Virus record (IMG/VR): IMGVR_UViG_3300038974_000417
Coordinates: 1 to 64,000 of that record
Strand: one strand, 5' to 3'
Length of the DNA: 64,000 nt
From: a virus
Lineage: Duplodnaviria; Caudoviricetes
The notes beneath the pieces were generated by a model that ran no database searches, had not been told where the DNA came from, and saw only the letters and a list, made by a program, of their open reading frames with translations. The position numbers and the translations under genes were made by a program. This document shows, one piece after another, positions 46,104-55,059 of the stretch. The first letter of the stretch is position 1. Every line of letters begins with the position of its first letter.

Positions 46104-46910
46104 TCATGTAGATAATATATCATTTAGTTTACTGTATCTATTATATTGATGTATGATGGAGGGTAGTAAATTGTTGTAGTATATTTTATTGTCTCGTATA
46201 GTAATGGCTTCAAATATGTTATTCAGTTCAACGTCTTGCGCCAGGTGTGCACATGTGTTGTTTGGCATTAAATGTAGTGTGACGTTTCGCCAGTCGAAGA
46301 AATAGTTATTATAGCAGTATGTAGCTACTGCTTGATCTGATTGTTTTGCGCCACTTTTTATTATTATGCTTTGCAATTCATTTACAAATAGTTTTAGATA
46401 TAGTAGTATATCGCTATGTTTAATTATTATGACACCGTTATTTATTATTGGCTTATCATAATCTATAGAGAGTTGCTTGTATCCGTAGCATTGAGCATAC
46501 CAGAGTGCATTTGTTATACACTGTCCGATTTTGAGTTTTTCTGCAAAAAGGTTTATGTCGTTTAATTCGGTCTTAAATGGATCGCTCTGTACATATACGT
46601 CATTAATATCACTGAGTAATATATAATCGTATTGATCTTTTAGATGATACTTAATATACAGATATATAATAAAATATTTTACATTATATATTGATAGACT
46701 AGTATTAATTTTGTATTTTATATAATAGCTTGAATAGTCAACTAGCTTTACGTTGGGATAGAATTTTTTTATATTATCTATTATGTCGGTTCCTACGTCT
46801 TTGTATAAAACGTGTATATCGGTATGAATTTTTGCTATAGAACTTATAAAGACTTTTATGTTAGTAAAGTCTTTATATCCACTCATCAGAGCTATTGTTA
46901 AATTTTTCAT
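46104..46910 (-). CDS. GT-A glycosyltransferase
   Basis: LLSDINDVYVQSDPF, INNG, SDQA, IHQYNR. Confidence 0.7.
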   Translation of the reverse strand: MKNLTIALMSGYKDFTNIKVFISSIAKIHTDIHVLYKDVGTDIIDNIKKFYPNVKLVDYSSYYIKYKINTSLSIYNVKYFIIYLYIKYHLKDQYDYILLSDINDVYVQSDPFKTELNDINLFAEKLKIGQCITNALWYAQCYGYKQLSIDYDKPIINNGVIIIKHSDILLYLKLFVNELQSIIIKSGAKQSDQAVATYCYNNYFFDWRNVTLHLMPNNTCAHLAQDVELNNIFEAITIRDNKIYYNNLLPSIIHQYNRYSKLNDILST

Positions 46911-47719
46911 AGTACCTTTCTGGCGTATGTAGCTTTTAGTCTCTCTAACGATTCAATTACTTTGGGCTCATCAGTCGGTGGTATTTGAGTTGGAACACAT
47001 CCGTATTTACGCGTGAATATTCCAATGGCATTTTGCATATTCTGTTGCCATTTTACTACGTCTTTACGAATTTCACTACCTTCAAAATTTTGTTTTATAT
47101 CAGATATGTCTATATGACTGTTGTGTGCATCTGCGAACCACCAGAATGGTGGATGTAGACCAGCCTTTATAATGTCGTACGTGTGAGCTACGTGCTCGAA
47201 CGCATTTATAAATCTTTCATCCATGTAGCCTACGTTCTTAATTACACCTTTATGATAATAGCTAAATGCACCTAGAATGTTGTGATAAAAATCAACTGTA
47301 ATGCTATCTTCATATTCAATTTGGTTTTTAATGTTAATTGCACCAGTTTGTGGATCTCTATTATAAGATCCGTGACCACCATAGTTCAAATGCCATATAC
47401 CCGAAACCTCTGCTGTTTTAATATATTTTATGAAGATATCTGGATTATTAATTTTTATATCATCCTCTATTAAAAATAGATGATCACATCCATCTTGAAT
47501 GAGGTATCTTAAAGCCTCGTTTTTACTTACCCCTACGCTCTTGTTTTTAGTATGTTGAATTATTTCTGTTATATTAGATGTATAAACATCTGGGGCATAG
47601 GGTGCGCCATCATTTACAACTACCAGGGTATCAACTGAGGGGATAGACTTGATACATTCCTTGAAGAATGAATCACGATTGCATGTTATAACACCTACTC
47701 CTATTTTATTTTTCATCAT
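46907..47719 (-). CDS. glycosyltransferase, GT2-like
   Basis: VITCNR, VVNDG, LIEDD, GYMDERF. Confidence 0.85.
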   Translation of the reverse strand: MMKNKIGVGVITCNRDSFFKECIKSIPSVDTLVVVNDGAPYAPDVYTSNITEIIQHTKNKSVGVSKNEALRYLIQDGCDHLFLIEDDIKINNPDIFIKYIKTAEVSGIWHLNYGGHGSYNRDPQTGAINIKNQIEYEDSITVDFYHNILGAFSYYHKGVIKNVGYMDERFINAFEHVAHTYDIIKAGLHPPFWWFADAHNSHIDISDIKQNFEGSEIRKDVVKWQQNMQNAIGIFTRKYGCVPTQIPPTDEPKVIESLERLKATYARKVL

Positions 47720-48753
47720 GATACCTTTTTGTATGTTTCTATTATATATGTCTCTACCTCTGATTTATAGGGTATGTCGATGTTTTCAATGTACTCATGG
47801 ATACTTTTTACTGTATCTACTCCGGTTATATTTAAATCATCACCTGGAGATATATCAGCTGAATCGGTTATATAGTCAATTTTTATATCTAATGGATTTA
47901 GTATTTTCAGTTTTTCAGTTATGGCAATTAGAGCGTCAGGATTTACTTTTATATCTACAATTATTTTTATCCAATTATTGGGAATGATTTGTTTAATATC
48001 GTTAGTTAATCCGTTCTTTTTAATGTCTGATACATATATTTTTTTATGTTTTGGAGATATAGTATTCTCGTAAAATTTATATGAGTTGTCTGTAACGTCT
48101 ATAATATAGTATCCCTTATCGGAGCTGTAGTCTCCCCAGTACAATTCAAAAGCACAGCCGGTGTATAATATTGTTTTATTATTAAACGTCCGTTCGTCCT
48201 TCCCATGGAAGTGACCTGAGATGGTTAGATCAGCTTTATCGAGTATGTTAATGGGGCTTAATCCGGATTCACATACTCTTTCTTTGGTCATATTGAACCC
48301 TTGAATTTCAAAATGACCGAATATTATATCACTCTTTGGTAGATTGGATGGATCTGACGCCCACGGGCAGAATGATATGGTTTTACCGAAGAATTTATCC
48401 GAGTATATGGAGTCTACAACTGTAATATTGTCCCAGTTTTTAAGCATTTCTAAGCTGTGTACATCACTACGCTCCTTGTAATAACTGTCGTGATTCCCTA
48501 CAACAATTATAATGTTAAATTGCTTCAGTGATTCAAACATCCTGGATACTACTGATAGAGTGGCTACGTTAACCTCATTTCGTTCATGAAGTATATCTCC
48601 TGGAATGATGATATCCGCTATATCATGTTTAATGCACTCTTGCTTAAACCACTCACTCCACGATATTAATATATCGTGCCACTGAGTACTGTTTTGATGG
48701 ACGCCCGCGTGTATGTCGCTGACTACTGCAACTTTAGGTTTTAGTATTTTCAT
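47716..48753 (-). CDS. gp47: Mre11/SbcD-like nuclease
   Basis: SDIH, PGDILH, GNHD, FGHFE, SGHFH. Confidence 0.93.
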   Translation of the reverse strand: MKILKPKVAVVSDIHAGVHQNSTQWHDILISWSEWFKQECIKHDIADIIIPGDILHERNEVNVATLSVVSRMFESLKQFNIIIVVGNHDSYYKERSDVHSLEMLKNWDNITVVDSIYSDKFFGKTISFCPWASDPSNLPKSDIIFGHFEIQGFNMTKERVCESGLSPINILDKADLTISGHFHGKDERTFNNKTILYTGCAFELYWGDYSSDKGYYIIDVTDNSYKFYENTISPKHKKIYVSDIKKNGLTNDIKQIIPNNWIKIIVDIKVNPDALIAITEKLKILNPLDIKIDYITDSADISPGDDLNITGVDTVKSIHEYIENIDIPYKSEVETYIIETYKKVS

Positions 48754-49499
48754 GTATCTGTCGATCCTCTGGAGTTGCTTCCTGTATCTATTCCCTTTTG
48801 TAGTAGATTCTGATACACATCTTCTTGATATTTTGATATAGCTTCTCGATTGCGCGCTTCTATTTTAATTCTATTAATAAATGCATTTTCGGCAATCTTT
48901 GTAAAATATAAAAACGCATTACCCTTTTTACCATTTTTTCCTATCTTATCAGGATTGTATTTATATACCCTATTATTTAAAGCGAATATCATTCGTTCTA
49001 TTGCATCACCAACCATTTCCTCACGAAAGCTGTAGTTGACAAAATTGGGTCTATAACTAAGCCTATTGGCTATTTTATATACCCCTTCACAAAGTTCATC
49101 CGTTAATATACCCTCCTTGTAGTAGTTTTCTATTTGAGCCTCAAATTCCACTGGCCTGACGTAGTGCTTATTTTTATTCCCTCGAGCATTTAAATCATCG
49201 TCAATCGTGCTGGTGACATTAGCCCCCTCGATTTCTTCATTTTCACCTTCTTCGTTTTCTTCATTTTCTTCATCTTCACCATTATCTTCATTTTCTATTA
49301 AGTGGTGGAGTGTTCCCGGTAAACTCGGAAGATCCTGAGATCTCTCAAACTCATCAATATATTCCTCCTCATTTAATGTGTCATCAGCTTCCAATATACT
49401 ATAATCATCATCGTCATAATTACTCTTTTTGAATCTCTTCCTAGCCACTTTTCGGCTCGGTGATTTGTTTAATTTTATACTTGATTTTTTCTTTCTCAT
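48750..49499 (-). CDS. gp55: late sigma factor with long basic/acidic N-terminal extension
   Basis: HYV, RPNFVNYSFREEMVGDA, NAFLYFTKIA; ATG 49499 has AGGAGG SD lying inside uvsW. Confidence 0.85.
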   Translation of the reverse strand: MRKKKSSIKLNKSPSRKVARKRFKKSNYDDDDYSILEADDTLNEEEYIDEFERSQDLPSLPGTLHHLIENEDNGEDEENEENEEGENEEIEGANVTSTIDDDLNARGNKNKHYVRPVEFEAQIENYYKEGILTDELCEGVYKIANRLSYRPNFVNYSFREEMVGDAIERMIFALNNRVYKYNPDKIGKNGKKGNAFLYFTKIAENAFINRIKIEARNREAISKYQEDVYQNLLQKGIDTGSNSRGSTDT

Positions 49500-50889
49500 A
49501 AAGGGATATCCTCCTTGTGTGATGTCGTTCACTGTATTTTAAGTTATCAGATATATCAAATATAACTAATCTCTTTTTATCATTATGCAACCGGAGACCT
49601 CTTCCTATACTTTGAACGATTTTTACCTTGGCCTTACCTCCAGCTGCGAAAAATATGTAATGTAAATTTTTTATGTTTATTCCTGTACTGAATATTGACG
49701 ATATAGCTATACATATAGAATTATTATTCTGCTCTAATATAGTCTTTATTCGCTCTCTCTCTATAGTATCAACAGCTCCCTTAATATAAAACGTTGATTT
49801 ACCGGGTATACCGCTCAGGTTATTGAATAGTATTTCACCATGCTCTATCCTGTCTACTAGAATTAATATGTTATTATCACATTTAGCTGATATTTTATTT
49901 ATAATGTTGGTTCTAAATGTATTATGCATTAAGAAGTCTTTTTCTGCGACATATTGGCTGGTGAGACTTGACGGATTAGATGGTTCTGGACGAGATCTAT
50001 ATTTGATTTTTAATATTTGAACGATTACATCGGATATGTATTTTTGATTTCTCAATTCTATACTCTTCTTCTCCATTATAACCGGACCTATCAGACCCTT
50101 TACTGTCCATCTATCCAGTGGATCTTCCGGCATTGTGCCAGTAAATCCGAATCGGTAATTTGTTTTGAACTTTTTTATTAACTTGTTTATTTTGTTAGAA
50201 TGACGCAGAGTATGGACTTCATCTACCATCAGGACGTCGGCGTCTGTAAGCCATGTAGTGTCTTGTATTTTGCTTAATGCTATATTGGATCCTACTATTA
50301 TTACATTACATTCTTTATCAGGTAGATGTTCTCCCGTCCACCACGTTAGAGTCCATCTCGGATTATAGGATATAAATTCGTCGTATGTTTGTTTTGCTAG
50401 ATGGGTTGGCAGTAATAGCACTATCTTTTTAAATTTATTATTAGCAATTAGTGTGGATATAAGGGAGCTCATTATTATAGTCTTACCGCCAGCTGTTGCT
50501 ATCACAGAGATACCTCTACCTCTCTCCATACACATCTTCACCGCTTCCTCCTGGTAGGGTCTAAGAGTGTATGACGAGGTGTTTATAACATCATCTCCAG
50601 CGTTCAGCTTGGGTGATATTTTACGCTTTATTGGTGAAGTTATCTGTATTGTTCCGTCTGGATCAATTTGACGTATTTTCTTGTATATATCTGGTACTAG
50701 CCCTACTTCAAATCTACCAGATGGGGTTATTGCAAACTTGCGAATAGATATAAAACTACCTCTTATTTTTCTTGCAATTTTGGCTCCTACATCTTCTACG
50801 CTAAACTGCTCCCTGATGAGGTCCAGGTTATTGCTAATTAAGATAGCAACGTTTTTTTTGGCGTCATAATCTATGATATAAGAACTCAT
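49441..50889 (-). CDS. uvsW: SF2 DNA helicase
   Basis: LRPYQ, ATAGGKT, VDEVH, FTGT, FSTGINI, QSIGRGLR. Confidence 0.93.
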   Translation of the reverse strand: MSSYIIDYDAKKNVAILISNNLDLIREQFSVEDVGAKIARKIRGSFISIRKFAITPSGRFEVGLVPDIYKKIRQIDPDGTIQITSPIKRKISPKLNAGDDVINTSSYTLRPYQEEAVKMCMERGRGISVIATAGGKTIIMSSLISTLIANNKFKKIVLLLPTHLAKQTYDEFISYNPRWTLTWWTGEHLPDKECNVIIVGSNIALSKIQDTTWLTDADVLMVDEVHTLRHSNKINKLIKKFKTNYRFGFTGTMPEDPLDRWTVKGLIGPVIMEKKSIELRNQKYISDVIVQILKIKYRSRPEPSNPSSLTSQYVAEKDFLMHNTFRTNIINKISAKCDNNILILVDRIEHGEILFNNLSGIPGKSTFYIKGAVDTIERERIKTILEQNNNSICIAISSIFSTGINIKNLHYIFFAAGGKAKVKIVQSIGRGLRLHNDKKRLVIFDISDNLKYSERHHTRRISLYEKEKIKYKIKQITEPKSG

Positions 50890-50893
50890 TGTA

Positions 50894-51298
50894 TTATGAT
50901 GACTCCAGTTTGATTATATCTGCCAGGTTGCGAATATCGTATGTCATGCTTCGGGTTATTACCTCTACTTTAGTTAGATATTCGATTATAGTTTCGAGTT
51001 GAGATATCTGTTTATCTATTTTAACTATTGCTGATTGTTTAGTTGCAGCCTCGTCTTTTAATTTATTGGGTAGCTGAATTGGAGGAGCGGCTTGCCCTCT
51101 GAGTCTCTCAACCGCTAGTCGTCGAATGGATTGAAGCTTTTTTAAATCACTTTTAGCCTGAATAAGTCGTGCTACCCATTTGTGTTTAATGGCTGGTAGT
51201 CTCATCTGAACCTCCTTGATGTTTATTTCATCAAGAGCAATATCCAGTTCGATTTCTTTTTTATATTTTTCAAATATATCTACTTCAGGATTATTCAT
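50894..51298 (-). CDS. uvsY: recombination mediator
   Basis: LPAIKHKW, C-terminal DIRNLADIIKLE; adjacent to uvsW. Confidence 0.75.
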   Translation of the reverse strand: MNNPEVDIFEKYKKEIELDIALDEINIKEVQMRLPAIKHKWVARLIQAKSDLKKLQSIRRLAVERLRGQAAPPIQLPNKLKDEAATKQSAIVKIDKQISQLETIIEYLTKVEVITRSMTYDIRNLADIIKLESS

Positions 51299-51354
51299 AA
51301 TGATATTATGTATTATATAATTAATATTGCAACTTGATGTTATGCGGGCTTTGG

Positions 51355-51362
51355 TATAAATA
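51355..51362 (+). promoter_or_regulatory. late promoter with near-leaderless start
   Basis: TATAAATA 5 nt before ATG 51368. Confidence 0.6.
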
Positions 51363-51367
51363 TTATT

Positions 51368-51616
51368 ATGAATTTCAGGGACATGTTTAATTTAATTATA
51401 GGTGAGGATAATACAGCCGGGGGTGGGGACGTATTTGGTCCTGGTTCTGTTAATACTGGACAATCGATGCAGGGAGATAATATATATAATCCGGGAGATT
51501 ACCGGTTGGCGACTGGGCGCGGCGTTGTGTCGAGGCGAGGGGCTGTTGGAGGTAGGAGGAAGCGTCGTGGTGATCGTGGGCGGAGGAGATCGAAGAATCG
51601 AAGGAGAGTTAAGTGA
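51368..51616 (+). CDS. small Arg-rich protein with head-protein leader
   Basis: FRDMFNLIIGE leader; RRKRRGDRGRRRSKNRRRVK tail. Confidence 0.6.
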   Translation: MNFRDMFNLIIGEDNTAGGGDVFGPGSVNTGQSMQGDNIYNPGDYRLATGRGVVSRRGAVGGRRKRRGDRGRRRSKNRRRVK

Positions 51617-52050
51617 ATTTAGGTCATTGGAGTGGTGCTCCTCCGCTATCGGGTGATGATATGCCATACGGCTTCGTATATCTAATCACTAATAAATTGA
51701 ACGGTAGGAAGTATATCGGTAAAAAGCAGGTATTGACTGTTAGGAAGCGGCCCCCTCTTAAGGGTAGGAGAAACAGGCGACTTAGTGTTGTGGAGACCGA
51801 TTGGAGAGAGTATACATCATCATCGAATGAGGTTAATGGTGATATAAAAGCTTTTGGTAAGGACAATTTTATCTTTGAAATATTAAGATGGTGTAGTAAT
51901 AAGGCGGAGCTGGGATACTTTGAAGCTAAGGAGCAGTTTGATAGAGATGTACTATTAAGGGAGGATTATTATAACGGAATAGTGAATCTTCGACTTTCTC
52001 GCTTTACTCCTGGAAAGAAACTTATAAATATAAAAAATGAATACAAATAA
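51613..52050 (+). CDS. GIY-YIG family nuclease
   Basis: GFVYLITNKLNGRKYIGKK, FIFEIL, YYN. Confidence 0.85.
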   Translation: MNLGHWSGAPPLSGDDMPYGFVYLITNKLNGRKYIGKKQVLTVRKRPPLKGRRNRRLSVVETDWREYTSSSNEVNGDIKAFGKDNFIFEILRWCSNKAELGYFEAKEQFDRDVLLREDYYNGIVNLRLSRFTPGKKLINIKNEYK

Positions 52051-52669
52051 GAAGTCTTTATGTATATACTGCGGTCTGCCTACGTACGGCAGGGGGTGTA
52101 AATTTGCTCCACACGGAATACATGTTCATCCAACTCCCGATAAATGTATGTATTGCGGACTTAAGTCCATTGGTAGGGGGTGTAAGTTTGCTCCTGGTGG
52201 CATACACGTCAGGTTTAGTGATTTTGGCTTTATACAGCGTGAAGATATAAATACTGGATTTATAATAGGTTATATACTTAATGAACTATCTATTCCAATA
52301 ATTAATCATCCTGCGTATAAGATTGGTTTAATAAATGAAGAGGGTAAATTATTAAGAGTACCATCAACTGATCAGGAGAAGCAGGTATATACTCCAATTG
52401 ATTCACTAATAATAGATCTCAAGAGAAGATTTAAGAGACCCATTGATTTAACTGTTAATGAATCACTATTTAAGTGTTCAATGAATGAAGCTGATAAATT
52501 TAATCCACAGCAATATTCCGATGAAATTGATTTTAAATCAGCTATTGAACATATAGCCGAGCAATTCTATAATATAATTGAACTTTACAGTGATAAGCTG
52601 TCAAAAGAAAAAATGGATCAATATATTACAGAAAGCTTTATTAACAATGGACAATCCAACAATCGTTGA
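52037..52669 (+). CDS. hypothetical protein with duplicated Cys/His metal-binding motif
   Basis: CxYCG-x4-GRGCKFAPxGIHV twice. Confidence 0.65.
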   Translation: MNTNKKSLCIYCGLPTYGRGCKFAPHGIHVHPTPDKCMYCGLKSIGRGCKFAPGGIHVRFSDFGFIQREDINTGFIIGYILNELSIPIINHPAYKIGLINEEGKLLRVPSTDQEKQVYTPIDSLIIDLKRRFKRPIDLTVNESLFKCSMNEADKFNPQQYSDEIDFKSAIEHIAEQFYNIIELYSDKLSKEKMDQYITESFINNGQSNNR

Positions 52670-53117
52670 TTTCACTGAAATAGTGAGAACGGCTATAGAT
52701 TCATCTAATCGAGATGCTGACTTGTATAATATTAGTATAAAATCTAAATATTATATGAGATTGTTATATCATTATACATTTAAATGTATATTCGATATTA
52801 AAAAATCTAACATAAATACCATATTTACATTAGATAATATTGACGATATAATTATTCTTCCGGACAATATTAAAACTAAATATATTAAATTTCTTAAATC
52901 TCTCCAACGATATATACCATCTATTATAATTACTAATTATACCGGTACATACCAATGTCCAAATCTCTTTAATATTTTAACAAATTTATCCGAGAAATCA
53001 ACTAAGAAAAATAAAAATTTTTACAGTCTTAGGAAGTTTTGTGACCACCATGGATTAGTGGATATATTAAATGTATATATTGAGGATTTAAACATTAGAT
53101 ACATCTTAGGCGCCTAA
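52578..53117 (+). CDS. hypothetical protein (true start probably near 52647)
   Basis: ORF overlapping previous gene. Confidence 0.5.
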   Translation: MNFTVISCQKKKWINILQKALLTMDNPTIVDFTEIVRTAIDSSNRDADLYNISIKSKYYMRLLYHYTFKCIFDIKKSNINTIFTLDNIDDIIILPDNIKTKYIKFLKSLQRYIPSIIITNYTGTYQCPNLFNILTNLSEKSTKKNKNFYSLRKFCDHHGLVDILNVYIEDLNIRYILGA

Positions 53118-53133
53118 TTATATCAACTTAGAC

Positions 53134-53162
53134 AGATCAATCGGTTTTCCCAGCTGATGAAT
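53134..53162 (-). mobile_element. degenerate single-hairpin unit (F)
   Basis: TTAT|attcatcagctgggAAAAccgattgatct, 25/29 identical to unit E; 3' end decayed. Confidence 0.65.
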
Positions 53163-53174
53163 ATAAATAATTAC

Positions 53175-53489
53175 ATGAATAAATTTAATACACTTTTTAA
53201 TCGCATTTTATCAGAAGCCGGACTAGCTGCAGGTGGTGATCCCGGTGCTACTATTGGTAAAGGATTTACTGAACTAACACAAGGAATACAAAATACAGCC
53301 CAAGCTCAGATTGAGGTACTAACAAAGCAGAGTGATCAGCTTAAAAAGCAGCTGGAGGCTATACTAGCGCAAATTGCACAGTTGCAGAAGGCCGCCACTA
53401 CTCAACCCACTACTAATACTCAATCCACTACAACTCCCACATCTACACCCACTTCTGTCACCACTGGAGTTACACCAGCTATACAATAA
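53175..53489 (+). CDS. hypothetical internal head-type protein
   Basis: TATAAATA 53162-69; leader KFNTLFNRILSE; coiled coil and Thr-rich tail. Confidence 0.6.
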   Translation: MNKFNTLFNRILSEAGLAAGGDPGATIGKGFTELTQGIQNTAQAQIEVLTKQSDQLKKQLEAILAQIAQLQKAATTQPTTNTQSTTTPTSTPTSVTTGVTPAIQ

Positions 53490-53499
53490 AGGAGCTATA

Positions 53500-53964
53500 A
53501 TGATAATAACACCATTTAACAGGCAACTAATAGATGAATTTAAGAGAGTAAATAGTACTAAATTCGATGAAGCATATGATCAATACGTCAGAATAATTGA
53601 ACAGGGTGCCCCACCTCCAGACGCAGCTGCCTCTACACCACCTCCACCGCCCCCCGACATGGGTGGTGCTCCAGCAATGCCGCCCGACGCCGGTGGTGCG
53701 CCACCACCTCCCGAGGTAGTGCCTAATAAATCATATCCTGAAATATTGGAAATTATAGCAAAGGCACTAACTCTTAATTTGAATCAATCACCATCCGACG
53801 CATCACCTGAAAATGTAAAAAATATTGAACATCTCAAGGACTTCGTAGGTGAAGTATTAGAGGGAAGTAAAGTAAAGCAAATGGATAATTCAAAAGCACT
53901 TCGCATGTTGGATTTGGTAAGGCGCAGTATTAATAGTGTAGTGGGTGGGATCGAGGAGATTTAG
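53500..53964 (+). CDS. hypothetical Pro-rich internal head-type protein
   Basis: AAGGAG SD before ATG 53500; FDEAYDQYVRIIEQ. Confidence 0.6.
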   Translation: MIITPFNRQLIDEFKRVNSTKFDEAYDQYVRIIEQGAPPPDAAASTPPPPPPDMGGAPAMPPDAGGAPPPPEVVPNKSYPEILEIIAKALTLNLNQSPSDASPENVKNIEHLKDFVGEVLEGSKVKQMDNSKALRMLDLVRRSINSVVGGIEEI

Positions 53965-55058
53965 TGAATTTCAGTGAATACATCGAATTAATTAACGAAG
54001 GCGGCGCTGCTGGTCATATGGCTCACCCCTTTGATATACAGACTGTGCGATCAGGTAAAAATTTAATAGAAGTATTTGAAAAAACTGTTAATAGTATAAG
54101 AGTTAATCCTCCAGCGGTTAAGATAGACGGTGTAAATGCATCAATTAGATTGGTTGATATTGATGGAATTAAGCAGTTCGTGATCGATCGTGGTAGTAAA
54201 AAGGACTTAGATGTTCGTGGAGTTACAGAAGGTGACCTATTGGCCAGATTCGGTCCAGGTCATGGAATGATTCAGATAGGAACGGAAGTATTACGTATAT
54301 TTAATGAATCTATGAATTCCATTATTACAGAGCTAAAAGACTTAGGTGTGTGGAAGAATTCTAATATTATGTTTAACATGGAATATGTTGCTGGTAAGAC
54401 TAACGTTCAGCAATACAATAAAAAATTTCTAGCAATACACGGTCTATTACAGATATCCACGGAGGCAGTTCAGGGAAAGCGATCAATGCTAATTAATAGA
54501 GTAACTAGAGAGATAAATTATAAAGAAAAGGTGATGGAATCTTTAATTAATAAGATATCTCCTATTGCGAGAAAATATGGGTTCGAGATATACGGATCAA
54601 TTCCCGCGAGCTTGAGTGCATCCCCTGATTTTACTTCGGTGCTAGGTAAAATATATACTATTAATTTTTCCGATAGACAAGAATCTCGTACTCTGAGACA
54701 GTGGCTGATGGGGATTAGAAGTATACCTAAAAATTCTACAGTAGATATGATAGTAGATGGTGTTAAGAAGACATTAGGTGCAGTCAGTAAGCAAGTATAC
54801 TTTTCCGTTATTGGTGGTGAAGTTGTGGATAACATAGTCGTAAATTCCAATCAAGTTAATACTGCTATTGATGGTGCGATTACTTATCTAGCAACAGAAA
54901 AAATGGGAGATGCTATATTAGATTGTCTAGATTCACCATTAGGTAAAGTAAGTGAACACGAAGGCATTGTAATTAGAGACAGTAAAATATCATCAAGACC
55001 ATTCAAAATAACCGGTAGGTTTATTACGACAGGAGTTGAATCTCAATTTAGGAAATAA
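53964..55058 (+). CDS. RNA/DNA ligase-like nucleotidyltransferase-fold protein
   Basis: GGAAGHMAHPFD, KIDG (KxDG), FNME, EGIVIR, FKIT. Confidence 0.6.
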   Translation: MNFSEYIELINEGGAAGHMAHPFDIQTVRSGKNLIEVFEKTVNSIRVNPPAVKIDGVNASIRLVDIDGIKQFVIDRGSKKDLDVRGVTEGDLLARFGPGHGMIQIGTEVLRIFNESMNSIITELKDLGVWKNSNIMFNMEYVAGKTNVQQYNKKFLAIHGLLQISTEAVQGKRSMLINRVTREINYKEKVMESLINKISPIARKYGFEIYGSIPASLSASPDFTSVLGKIYTINFSDRQESRTLRQWLMGIRSIPKNSTVDMIVDGVKKTLGAVSKQVYFSVIGGEVVDNIVVNSNQVNTAIDGAITYLATEKMGDAILDCLDSPLGKVSEHEGIVIRDSKISSRPFKITGRFITTGVESQFRK

Positions 55059-55059
55059 T

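Noticed and set aside
49500-49532. GTG start at 49532 for gp55, and a GTTCAC as an element end
   Set aside because: ATG 49499 has the AGGAGG SD; the GTTCAC is ordinary uvsW coding sequence without a hairpin
51392-51667. Alternative-frame ORFs 51392-51667 (-) and 51402-51656 (+)
   Set aside because: only 51368 has a promoter-adjacent ATG and the shared leader motif
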